A DNA stretch of 64,000 bases from Anaerolineae bacterium (GTDB taxonomy: Bacteria > Chloroflexota > Anaerolineae > B4-G1 > SLSP01). The stretch spans positions 30,369 to 94,368 of the forward strand of contig DAOTVC010000106.1 in the NCBI GenBank assembly GCA_034437215.1, written 5' to 3'. The notes beneath the pieces were generated by a model that did no database searches, was not told the origin of the DNA, and saw nothing but the letters and a program-made list of their open reading frames with translations. The position numbers were made by a program, and so were the translations under genes. Positions 18,021 through 26,149 of this stretch are shown here, piece after piece; within the stretch, counting starts at the first letter, position 1, and every line of letters starts with the position of its first letter.

Positions 18021-19474
18021 TCCCCTCTCCTGCCCCGCCCGCCATCTGGACCGCCGCCCTCGAGAAGCGCTTCGGCCCCACCGTGGCCCTCGACGGCGTG
18101 GACCTGGTGGTGGAGCCGGGGGAGTTCGTCGTCCTCGTAGGCCCCAACGGCGCGGGCAAGACGACACTGCTGCGCACCCTGGCGACCCTGGCCCGCCCCA
18201 CCTCGGGCGAGCTGCGCATCGCCGGTCTCGACCCCGCGGCGGCGGGACGCGCCATCCGCCGGCGCATCGGCTTTCTCTCCCACCGCACCCTGCTCTACGA
18301 GGAGCTGAGCGCCGGGGAGAACCTGGCCCTCTACGCCCGCCTCTACCGCTTGGAGGAGCCCGCCGCCCGCATCGACGAGCTCCTCGACCGCGTCGACCTC
18401 GACTGGCGGCGCAACGACCTCGTCCGAACCCTCTCCCGGGGCATGCAGCAGCGCCTTGCGGTGGCCCGCGCGGTGCTCCACCGCCCCTCCCTCCTCCTCC
18501 TGGACGAGCCCTACACCGGCCTCGATCCCCTGGCGGCGGAGGCGCTGACGGCGCTGCTGGGCGAGCTCGCCGGGGGGGGGAGCACGGTGCTGCTGACTAC
18601 CCACACGCTGGAGGGGCTGGGAGCGGCAGGGCGGCGGGTGGTCGTTCTCAACCGGGGGCGGATCGTCCACGACGGGGTGGTGGCGGAGTGGGGCGCCTTC
18701 CCCGGGCTCTACCGCCGCCTGGTGCTGGAAGAGGCGGAGGTGGTAGCGTCGATCGCTCTGGGCGAGGAGCGACCGCCTGAGGGCCGGGTAGACGAGGAGC
18801 GGGGTGGAACGCTGGCCGCCGTGTTCGCCATCGTGCGCAAGGACTTGGCGGCGGAGCTCCACACGCGGGAGATGGTCAACGCCATGTTCGTCTTCGCCGT
18901 CCTGACGCTCCTCATCTTCAGCTTCGCCCTCGACCTGCGGGGTGCCACCGCCCGGGCGGCGGCGCCGGGCGTCCTCTGGACGGCCGTGGCCTTCGCCGGG
19001 ACGCTGGGGCTGAGCCGCTCGCTGGCCCGCGAGGAGCAGAGCGGCGCCATCGAGGGGCTGCTCCTGGCCCCCGTTGACCGGGTGACCCTCTTCTTCGGCA
19101 AGGCGCTGGGCAACCTGCTCCTGATGCTCTTCGTCGAGGGGGTGCTCCTGCTGCTGGGCAGCGTCCTCTTCGACGTTCCCCTCCTGCAGCCGGCGGTGCT
19201 CCTGGTGATGGTGCTGGGCACGGTGGGCTACGCCGCCGTGGGGACCCTGCTGGCGGCCATGGCGGTCAACACCCGGGCACGGGAGGTGCTGCTGCCCATC
19301 CTGCTCCTGCCCCTGGCGATCCCGCTCTTCATCGGTGCGGTGCGCGCCACGGGCGGACTGCTGGAGGGGCTGGGGCTGGCGGAGGTCAACCCGTGGCTGC
19401 GCCTCGTCGTGGTCTACGACCTGCTGATGGTCGCCGTCTCCATGGTGACCTTCGAGTACGTGATTGCCGAGTGA
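18011..19474 (+). CDS. ccmAB: CcmA-CcmB fusion: heme exporter ABC ATPase fused to the CcmB permease
   Basis: N-terminal Walker A GPNGAGKTT, signature LSRGMQQRL, Walker B LLLDEP. The C-terminal roughly 220 aa is a multi-TM CcmB-like segment (ILLLPLAIPLFIGAV). GTG start overlaps the upstream stop. Confidence 0.65.
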   Translation: MPLIPSPAPPAIWTAALEKRFGPTVALDGVDLVVEPGEFVVLVGPNGAGKTTLLRTLATLARPTSGELRIAGLDPAAAGRAIRRRIGFLSHRTLLYEELSAGENLALYARLYRLEEPAARIDELLDRVDLDWRRNDLVRTLSRGMQQRLAVARAVLHRPSLLLLDEPYTGLDPLAAEALTALLGELAGGGSTVLLTTHTLEGLGAAGRRVVVLNRGRIVHDGVVAEWGAFPGLYRRLVLEEAEVVASIALGEERPPEGRVDEERGGTLAAVFAIVRKDLAAELHTREMVNAMFVFAVLTLLIFSFALDLRGATARAAAPGVLWTAVAFAGTLGLSRSLAREEQSGAIEGLLLAPVDRVTLFFGKALGNLLLMLFVEGVLLLLGSVLFDVPLLQPAVLLVMVLGTVGYAAVGTLLAAMAVNTRAREVLLPILLLPLAIPLFIGAVRATGGLLEGLGLAEVNPWLRLVVVYDLLMVAVSMVTFEYVIAE

Positions 19475-19483
19475 GGAATTAGA

Positions 19484-20170
19484 ATGAAAAACGAGAGAGG
19501 GTTCGGGCCCGTCCTCATCGCCCTGGCGGCGGTCGCCTTTCTGGCGGCCCTGGGCATGGTCTTCTACTACGCGCCCCGCGAGGCGACGATGGGGGAGGTG
19601 CAGCGCATCTTCTACTTCCACGTGGCCTCGGCGTGGGTGGGCTTCTTCGGCTTCTTCGTCACCTTCGTGGGGAGCGCGGGCTACCTCCTGAGCGGGCGGC
19701 GCCCGTGGGACGTCCTGGCTCTCTCCTCGGCAGAGGTGGGGCTAGTCTTCATCACCATGACGCTGCTCACCGGCATGCTCTGGGCGCGCCCCGTCTGGGG
19801 CACCTACTGGACCTGGGAGCCGCGCCTGACCATCTCGGCGGTGCAGTGGCTCATCTACGTGGCCTACGTCATGGTGCGGGGTTCCGTGGAGAGCCGGGAG
19901 CGGAGCGCGCGCTTCGCCGCCGTCTACGGCATCGCCGCCTTCGTCACCGTCCCCCTCTCCTGGTTCGCCATACGCTGGTGGCGGACCATCCACCCGCAGA
20001 TCATCGGCGGCGGGGAGATGGCCCTCACCCCGCAGATGCTCCACACCCTCTTCGCCTCCATCGGCGCCTTCACCCTCCTCTACGCCGCCTTCCTCCTCTA
20101 CCGCGTGCGCCTGGAGCGCGCCCGGGACCGCTTGGCGGCGCTGCGGGGGCGGCGGGGTCGTCGGGGATGA
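19484..20170 (+). CDS. ccmC: Heme exporter protein CcmC
   Basis: Trp-rich WWD motif WGTYWTWEPRLT. Multi-TM. Confidence 0.75.
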   Translation: MKNERGFGPVLIALAAVAFLAALGMVFYYAPREATMGEVQRIFYFHVASAWVGFFGFFVTFVGSAGYLLSGRRPWDVLALSSAEVGLVFITMTLLTGMLWARPVWGTYWTWEPRLTISAVQWLIYVAYVMVRGSVESRERSARFAAVYGIAAFVTVPLSWFAIRWWRTIHPQIIGGGEMALTPQMLHTLFASIGAFTLLYAAFLLYRVRLERARDRLAALRGRRGRRG

Positions 20171-20209
20171 GGGATTGGGGACTGGGGATTGGGGATTGGG
20201 GATCAGGGG
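20101..20209 (+). repeat. Extended G-tract run ending in a (GGGGATT/GGGGACT)n array
   Basis: Read directly: gggggcggcggggtcgtcggggatgagggattggggactggggattggggattggggatcagggg. It overlaps the ccmC 3' end and stop. The complementary CCCTGATCCCT repeat occurs twice at 20294..20327, so a long-range inverted arrangement exists. Confidence 0.5.
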
Positions 20210-20353
20210 CCCTTTCTACTTCCCGATTACTATGTCCTGCCAACACTGGCGCCGAGCGGGTTTAATGACGGGGTCGGAGTGATATACCATGACGCTATTG
20301 CACTCCCTGATCCCTCTTCTCTCTTCCCTGATCCCTATCTTTTAGGAGGTTCC

Positions 20354-20494
20354 ATGCCCAGCTATCTGATCGCCGCTTACGCTATCTTCGTTGCCGTGCC
20401 GCTGCTGCTGGCCCTCTCCCTCTACCTGCGCCACCGCCAGGTGGAGCGCGCCGTCCGGGACCTGCGGCAGGCGGAGCGGGAGGGGCGCGGATAG
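20354..20494 (+). CDS. ccmD: Putative heme exporter protein CcmD (46 aa, single TM)
   Basis: MPSYLIAAYAIFVAVPLLLALSLYLRHRQ... followed by a basic tail. TAGGAGG RBS 5 nt upstream. Position after ccmC matches the usual ccm order. Below the track length cutoff. Confidence 0.4.
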   Translation: MPSYLIAAYAIFVAVPLLLALSLYLRHRQVERAVRDLRQAEREGRG

Positions 20495-20562
20495 ACGCAG
20501 CGCCTCGCTGACTGGCGCCCTTCACCTTTCACGCCGATTCACCTCACGCGACACATGCCCCA

Positions 20563-20590
20563 TTGACTTGTCGCCGTTTGGTGCTATGAT
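20563..20590 (+). promoter_or_regulatory. Sigma70-like promoter (TTGACT, 16 bp spacer, TATGAT) for tRNA-Val
   Basis: Read directly: ttgacttgtcgccgtttggtgctatgat. The -10 ends about 12 nt before tRNA position 1. Confidence 0.4.
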
Positions 20591-20602
20591 GAGCTCCGTC
20601 GT

Positions 20603-20676
20603 GGGCGGTTAGCTCAGTCGGCCAGAGCGCCTTTCTTACACGTAGGAGGTCACAGGTTCAAGTCCTGTACCGCCCA
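20603..20676 (+). tRNA. tRNA-Val (anticodon TAC)
   Basis: Manual cloverleaf fold. Acceptor GGGCGGT/ACCGCCC plus discriminator A. D-arm GCTC/GAGC. Anticodon loop CTTACAC with T33 and A37. T-arm ACAGG/CCTGT with a TTCAAGT loop. One mismatch in the anticodon stem. CCA is not encoded. Confidence 0.8.
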
Positions 20677-20893
20677 CTTGCCCTAGACTTTGCTGTGTCC
20701 CTCATTCTCAGTAGATGTTGTGAGCAGTAGTCCTTTCCCGTCACTCCACCGGTTAACCCCTCCACGTCGGAACAGAGGTCGCGTGCCGCCGCCTTGCCGT
20801 CTCTCAATTTTCAAATAAACTTAGGGAGCAAATCGCAAGGGCGGTCGAGGAAAAGCGACCATCCTCCCTGACCAAAATCTCAATCACTGCCGA

Positions 20894-22693
20894 TTGGGGG
20901 AGGGACCTCAAGACGTGAACTGGGAGTATAATCTGGCTCTGATCCTGCTCGTCGTCGCGGCGGGCATCGCTACGCTGTTGGCCCTTTTTACCCGGCGGCG
21001 ACCGGCACCGGGAGCGCGAAAGTTTGCCCTGTTGATGCTCATGTTGGACGGCTGGTACGTGGGGCTGGCGCTCCAGATAGCAGGGGGCAGTCTCCTGATC
21101 AAGTATCTGGGGCTGCGCATTGAGTACACTGTCACCTTCTTCATCGGCGTGCTCTGGCTGGCCTTTGTCTTGAGTTACACCGGCTCCTCCGATTGGCTGA
21201 CGCGTCCCCGAGCCGCCGCTCTCTGTGCCATCCCGGCCCTGAGCACACTCCTCCTCTGGACCAACGGCCAGCACCATCTCCTTCTGCAGGACGTCCATCT
21301 ACCGTCCCCTGCTCCCTTTGTGCCCCTGGAGTGGACGCCGGGTCCCTTGCTCTGGATCGGTCAGCTCTACGTCTATCTCCTGATGGCGAGCGGAGCGGTC
21401 CTTTTGGGACGCCAGATCCTGCGCCTTCCCCAGATCTACGTAGGGCAGATTGCGGCGCTGCTGGTGGGCCTGGCAGTTCTGGTGGTGACGAGCCTCCTCT
21501 ATCTGTTCGAGATTGTCCCCTCCCACGTCCCACTGGGGGCCTATGCCCTGCTCGCCGCCGCGCTCTCCACCGCTTTCGGTCTCTTCCGGTGGCAGCTGCT
21601 GGATCTGGTTCCCGTCGCCCGCGACGTGGTCGTCGACGAGCTGGCGGACGGGGTGCTCGTCTTGGATCGGCAGCGGCGTCTCGTCGACGTCAACCTGGCC
21701 GCCGAGCGCTGGCTGGGTAGCCCCGCTGACGAAGTGGTCGGCAAGGATCTGGCGCGAGTTGCGCCCCTCCTGGCGGAGGGCCTCTTCCCGCTCCTCACCG
21801 GGGAAGCGGGGGCCGATCCCTTCCTGCAGGAGGTGCAGAGGGAGGGGCGCGTCTATACGCTCCGAGTGAGCCCGCTCTACGGACGTGATGGGCAGCCGAC
21901 CGGTTGGGTGCTGGTGCTGCACGACGTGACGGACCTGCGAACCGCTCTGCTCCAGGCGGAGGCAGCAGCCGAGGCCCAGTCGCGCTTCGTCAGCAACGTG
22001 AGCCACGAGCTGCGTACGCCGTTGACCAACATCACCCTCTACCTCGCGCTTCTGGAGCGGGGCAAGCCGGAGCGCCACGCCTTCTACATGGATACCCTCC
22101 ACCGGGAGACGGAGCGCCTGAAGTTTCTCATCGAGGGGCTGCTGCGCCTCTCCCGGCTCGATCTGCAGGAGGTCACTCCGCAGCCGTGCCTCCTGGACGT
22201 CAACGTCCTGGTCGAGACCCTGGCGCAGGATCGCCGACCTCTCTTTGCCGAGCACGAACTGGAGCTCGGTACGCAGCTGGAGCCCGCGCTCCCCGCCGTG
22301 AGCGCCGATCCCCAGCTGCTCGAGCAGGTCCTCACGAATCTGCTCAGCAACGCGCTCAACTACACGCCTGCCGGGGGGCATGTGTGGGTGCAGACCGACG
22401 AGAGCGCGGAGGAGGGGACGCACTGGGTCACGATCAGCGTTCGGGATACGGGCGTGGGCATCAGCGCCGAGGAGCAGGCCCGGCTCTTCACCCGCTTCTA
22501 CCGGGGCGCAGCCAGCCGCAATCCCGAGACGGCAGCGCCGGGCACGGGGTTGGGCTTGGCCATCTCTCAGGAGATCATGGCCCTGCACGCGGGGCGCATC
22601 ACTGTGGAGAGCGAGGGGGGGGAGGGGAGCACCTTCACCCTCTGGCTGCCCGCCGATGCCAACGGTGCTCCTGATACCCTACGCAACACGTAG
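20894..22693 (+). CDS. Sensor histidine kinase: N-terminal 7TM sensor domain, PAS, HisKA, HATPase_c
   Basis: Multi-TM N-terminus paralogous to those of the HKs at 31991 and 42532. H-box SHELRTPL. HATPase motifs DTGVGI and GTGLGLAI. The start may be the GTG at 20915 rather than the TTG at 20894. Confidence 0.8.
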   Translation: MGEGPQDVNWEYNLALILLVVAAGIATLLALFTRRRPAPGARKFALLMLMLDGWYVGLALQIAGGSLLIKYLGLRIEYTVTFFIGVLWLAFVLSYTGSSDWLTRPRAAALCAIPALSTLLLWTNGQHHLLLQDVHLPSPAPFVPLEWTPGPLLWIGQLYVYLLMASGAVLLGRQILRLPQIYVGQIAALLVGLAVLVVTSLLYLFEIVPSHVPLGAYALLAAALSTAFGLFRWQLLDLVPVARDVVVDELADGVLVLDRQRRLVDVNLAAERWLGSPADEVVGKDLARVAPLLAEGLFPLLTGEAGADPFLQEVQREGRVYTLRVSPLYGRDGQPTGWVLVLHDVTDLRTALLQAEAAAEAQSRFVSNVSHELRTPLTNITLYLALLERGKPERHAFYMDTLHRETERLKFLIEGLLRLSRLDLQEVTPQPCLLDVNVLVETLAQDRRPLFAEHELELGTQLEPALPAVSADPQLLEQVLTNLLSNALNYTPAGGHVWVQTDESAEEGTHWVTISVRDTGVGISAEEQARLFTRFYRGAASRNPETAAPGTGLGLAISQEIMALHAGRITVESEGGEGSTFTLWLPADANGAPDTLRNT

Positions 22694-22758
22694 TACGCAG
22701 CACGCAATCGCTCACACGCAACAGCTACTCACAATCCTACATTTACGAGAGGAGTCTC

Positions 22759-23763
22759 ATGAAAGTCCTATTCATCGGAGGTACGGGGATCATCAGTTCG
22801 GCCTGCTCGGCGTTGGCCGTGGAGCGCGGCATTGACCTGACCCTGCTGAATCGCGGCGAGACGACGCGGCGCCCCGTCCCCGAGGGGGCGCGGGTCCTGC
22901 AGGGCGACATCCGCAAGCCCGCGACGGTCGAGGAGGCGCTGGGGCAGGAGCTCTTCGACGTCGTCGTCGACTGGGTCGCCTACACGCCGGAGCAGATCGA
23001 GACCGACCTGGAGCTCTTCCGCGGGCGGACGGGGCAGTACATCTTCATCAGCTCGGCGTCGGCCTACCGCAAGCCCATCGTGGATCTGCCCATCGTCGAG
23101 TCGACCCAGCTGGACAATCCCTACTGGGAGTACTCGCGTAACAAGATCGCCTGTGAGGAGCGGCTGGTGCGCGCCTTCCGCGAGGAGCGCTTCCCCATGA
23201 CCATCGTCCGCCCCTCCCACACCTACGACCGGACCCTGCTCCCCATGCGCGGCGGCTGGACGGTCATCGACCGCCTGCGCCGGGGCGAGCCGGTGATCGT
23301 CCACGGGGACGGCACCTCCCTCTGGGTGCTCACCCACCACCGGGACTTCGCCCGCGCCTTCGTGGGGCTTCTGAGCAATCCTCATGCCATCGGCGAGCCC
23401 TTCCACATCACCTCCGACGAGTTCCTCACCTGGAACCAGATCTACCGTTTGTTGGCGGAGGCGGCGGGCGTCGCCAGCCCCCAGCTGGTGCACGTCCCTT
23501 CCCGCCTCATCGGTGCCTTCGACCCCGAGTGGGGGGCCGGCCTGGTGGGGGACAAGATGCACAGCGTCATCTTCGACAACACCAAGATCAAGCGGCTGGT
23601 GCCCGATTTCGAGGCGACCATCCCCTACGCGCGGGGCGCCGAGGAGGTCATCGCCTGGTACGACGCCGACCCCGTCCGGCAACAGGTCGACGAGGCCTTC
23701 AACGCGCTCCTCGACCGCATCCTCGAGGCCTACCGCAGGGCGTGGCCCACCACGGGCGGGTGA
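22759..23763 (+). CDS. NAD-dependent epimerase/dehydratase family protein (SDR, Rossmann fold)
   Basis: N-terminal GGTGIISSA glycine motif. Extended-SDR length. Confidence 0.7.
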   Translation: MKVLFIGGTGIISSACSALAVERGIDLTLLNRGETTRRPVPEGARVLQGDIRKPATVEEALGQELFDVVVDWVAYTPEQIETDLELFRGRTGQYIFISSASAYRKPIVDLPIVESTQLDNPYWEYSRNKIACEERLVRAFREERFPMTIVRPSHTYDRTLLPMRGGWTVIDRLRRGEPVIVHGDGTSLWVLTHHRDFARAFVGLLSNPHAIGEPFHITSDEFLTWNQIYRLLAEAAGVASPQLVHVPSRLIGAFDPEWGAGLVGDKMHSVIFDNTKIKRLVPDFEATIPYARGAEEVIAWYDADPVRQQVDEAFNALLDRILEAYRRAWPTTGG

Positions 23764-23788
23764 GGTCGCGCGCAGGCAAAGCCCTTTC

Positions 23789-23826
23789 CTCCGGCAGGGA
23801 GCTCCTCCCTGCCGGAGTTTGTTATC
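23789..23826 (+). terminator. Rho-independent terminator: 13-bp perfect stem CTCCGGCAGGGAG/CTCCCTGCCGGAG with a CTC loop, followed by TTTGTT
   Basis: Read directly, about 25 nt after the epimerase stop. Confidence 0.5.
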
Positions 23827-23924
23827 TACCTTGGTACTCTACGAGATCTCGTGGTTCACACTATTGTGAACGTGAAAATCTTGTTGCCTAGAGCGTTTCG
23901 GGATGTCAGGGGTGTAAATCTTTT

Positions 23925-23990
23925 GCCACGAATTTCACGAATTAGACTAATTGAATGTGCTGTTTTCGTGGTATTAGTGTAATTCGTGGC
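23925..23990. promoter_or_regulatory. Nested inverted repeats: 2x CACGAATT on the left, 2x AATTCGTGG-like on the right
   Basis: Read directly: gccacgaatttcacgaattagactaattgaatgtgctgttttcgtggtattagtgtaattcgtggc. Sits 60-120 bp upstream of the tetR-operon promoter in an AT-rich gap. Confidence 0.3.
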
Positions 23991-24047
23991 TGAGCTTTTT
24001 CAGACGTTTGATAGTCCCGTGTGGGTGCAGCCTGCTTCGATCAGGGA

Positions 24048-24076
24048 TTGACAAGGAGGCGCAGAGGGTATACGAT
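24048..24076 (+). promoter_or_regulatory. Sigma70 promoter: TTGACA, 17 bp spacer, TACGAT
   Basis: Read directly: ttgacaaggaggcgcagagggtatacgat. Confidence 0.45.
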
Positions 24077-24080
24077 GTAA

Positions 24081-24096
24081 GCAAGTGGTTACTTGC
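24081..24096. promoter_or_regulatory. Putative TetR-family operator: perfect palindrome GCAAGTggttACTTGC
   Basis: Read directly, 5 nt downstream of the -10. A TetR-family gene lies in the downstream operon. Confidence 0.4.
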
Positions 24097-24227
24097 ATCT
24101 GTGCTCAGGAGCAGGAGATCATCACCGAGGCGCTGCTCGAGCGGCACGCGAGGCGGATGGAGCGGGCTGCTGAGCGTCCCTGGAAGACGGGTGAGAAGAT
24201 CAAGTTCTGCCGTTAGGAGGATGAGCG

Positions 24228-24983
24228 ATGAAGATCACGGCTGTGATGGGCAGCCCTACCAAGGATGGCAACACCTGCGTTCTGGCGCGGGAGGTGCTGC
24301 GAGGCGCCGCCGACGCCGGGGCCGAGGTCGACGAGATCTTTCTCGCCGAGCACCGGATCGAGTTCTGCCGCGGCTGCATCAGCAGGAACATGACGACGAA
24401 CTGCATGGCCTCGGGAGCGTGCGTCATTCCGGACGACGTGAACGCGCTGCGCCGGCGGCTCTACGAGAGCGACGGCATCGTTCTGGCCTCGCCATCGTAC
24501 GGCATCAAGCCTACGGCGCGCATGAAGAACTTCATCGTCGACCGCATTGGGATGTACACGGCCTACACCTCCGGCCTGGGGGGCAAGTACTTCGTGGGCG
24601 TCTCCACCTGCGGCGGCATCGGCGCCAATCGGGTGGCCCGGGAGCTGGCGGAGGACTTCGTCGCCGGCTTCCACAGACGGGGCTACTCTACGGGCTCCAT
24701 CGGCGTCAAGTTGGGCCGGGACAGGATCGAGGAGCGACCCGAGGAGCTGGCGAAGGCCTACCGCCTGGGCCGGCGCCTCGTCGAGGATATTCAGATGGAG
24801 CGGAAGTACCCTTTCCAGAAGCTCTTCGATCGGGCGATGACGGCCCTCGTCGTCAGGCGTCTCATCCTGCGCAACATCTACCAGAACCGGGAGGGGATGA
24901 TGCGGGCGGTCTACGAGAACCTGCTCGAGCGGGGGTTGATCCGTCCCGCGGGCAACGGGCATGGGGGGAGTCAGTATGTCTGA
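24228..24983 (+). CDS. Flavodoxin-like NAD(P)H-dependent FMN reductase / iron-sulfur flavoprotein family protein
   Basis: N-terminal MKITAVMGSPTKDGNT... motif of the FMN_red family. Cys cluster CRGC...C. RBS TAGGAGGA. Confidence 0.6.
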   Translation: MKITAVMGSPTKDGNTCVLAREVLRGAADAGAEVDEIFLAEHRIEFCRGCISRNMTTNCMASGACVIPDDVNALRRRLYESDGIVLASPSYGIKPTARMKNFIVDRIGMYTAYTSGLGGKYFVGVSTCGGIGANRVARELAEDFVAGFHRRGYSTGSIGVKLGRDRIEERPEELAKAYRLGRRLVEDIQMERKYPFQKLFDRAMTALVVRRLILRNIYQNREGMMRAVYENLLERGLIRPAGNGHGGSQYV

Positions 24984-25644
24984 AACAGGGGAGTACGTCA
25001 CGTCACAGAGCGCACCGACCGGAGTAGAGGAGGACGATCGGGAGTACAGCGAGACCGCCCTGCGCATCATCGAGGCGGCGGCGAAGCTCTTCTCGGAGCA
25101 CGGTTACGATGGGGCGACGACGCGGGCCATCGCCGCCGAGGCGGGCGTCAACGAGGTGACCATCTTCCGCAACTTCGGGAGCAAGGAGAACCTGCTGCTG
25201 GCCGTTGTCGAGCGCTTCTCGGCGCTGCCGCGCCTGGGGGAGGCCTTCGCAGCGCAGGTCAGCGGTGACTACCGCCAGGATCTGCTGCTCATCGGTCGCC
25301 ACTACCTGGAGATGCTGCAGCGCAATCTTCGCCCCATCCTCATGACCATCTTCGAGGCGCAGCGCCTGCCCGAGGTACGGCGGATCATCGCTCGCCCTCC
25401 CGCCCGGCAGCGGCGGATGCTGGGCGAGTACCTGCGCCGGCAGATGGAGCAGGGGGTGGTGCGCGAGCTTCCCGACCCGGAGCTCACCGCCCAGGCCTTC
25501 TTCGGCATGTTCTTCGAGTACAGCCTGGGGCGGAACCTGATCGACGAGGAGGGCACAGACCTCTCGATGGAGGAGGTGGTCGAGCACTTCGTCGACCTCT
25601 TCGTGGGGGGCACGCTTCGCCGGGAGGGCGATGCCTGCTGTTGA
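24976..25644 (+). CDS. TetR/AcrR family transcriptional regulator
   Basis: HTH region ETALRIIEAAAKLFSEHGYDGATTRAIAAEAGVNEVTIFRNFGSKENLL. Overlaps the end of the upstream gene, consistent with an operon. Confidence 0.8.
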   Translation: MSETGEYVTSQSAPTGVEEDDREYSETALRIIEAAAKLFSEHGYDGATTRAIAAEAGVNEVTIFRNFGSKENLLLAVVERFSALPRLGEAFAAQVSGDYRQDLLLIGRHYLEMLQRNLRPILMTIFEAQRLPEVRRIIARPPARQRRMLGEYLRRQMEQGVVRELPDPELTAQAFFGMFFEYSLGRNLIDEEGTDLSMEEVVEHFVDLFVGGTLRREGDACC

Positions 25645-26096
25645 CCTCTCTGCGCGCCGTTCTATACTCTTCGAGAAGGTGGGGTGGGTCAGGGGTGAGG
25701 GAGGTGGGGTGGTGTCGGAACGCCCGGAGTACGGACGTGGAGGCGTCTATCATCTCTATAATCGTGGTGCACATCGGCTCTCTGTCTTCCGTGAGCCGGA
25801 GAACTACTACTTCGTGCTTCGCAAGATGAAACGATACTGCTATCAGTTTGATCTTACTCCACTGGCTTACTGTTTATTGCCCAATCACTATCCCTGTAGT
25901 GCATGGGTTAGTTGATGATCTAGAGAAGTGGCCTTACTCTAACTATTTGGAGTGGATTGGAGAGCGTGACGGCAGTCTTGTGGATCGAGAGTTTATCAAA
26001 AGTTACTTTGAAACATCGGAAGCGTATCGACGTTACGTTAACGATTATCTAGCAAGATGTAGAACACTAGATGGATTGGATTATTTAGATACTTGA
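25631..26096 (+). pseudogene. Frameshifted IS200/IS605-like REP-associated tyrosine transposase (RAYT, Y1 HUH transposase) remnant
   Basis: Frame 1 reads ...GGVYHLYNRGAHRLSVF...LAYCLLPNHY, the HUH region broken after NHY. Frame 2 continues ...WPYSNYLEW..., the catalytic-Tyr region. The frameshift is near 25895. Local GC is far below the genome background. Confidence 0.5.
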
Positions 26097-26106
26097 TGCA
26101 ACAGGC

Positions 26107-26131
26107 GGGACGCACCTTGGAGGTGCGTCCC
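26107..26131 (+). other. Perfect 10-bp hairpin GGGACGCACC ttgga GGTGCGTCCC
   Basis: Read directly. No T-run follows. It sits between the RAYT remnant and the aldolase gene. Confidence 0.3.
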
Positions 26132-26149
26132 ACCTGACAGGAGGCAAGC

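Noticed and set aside
17966-19621. 551-aa minus-strand ORF overlapping ccmAB and ccmC
   Set aside because: Antisense shadow. The + strand frames carry Walker motifs, a CcmB-like TM segment and the CcmC WWD motif.
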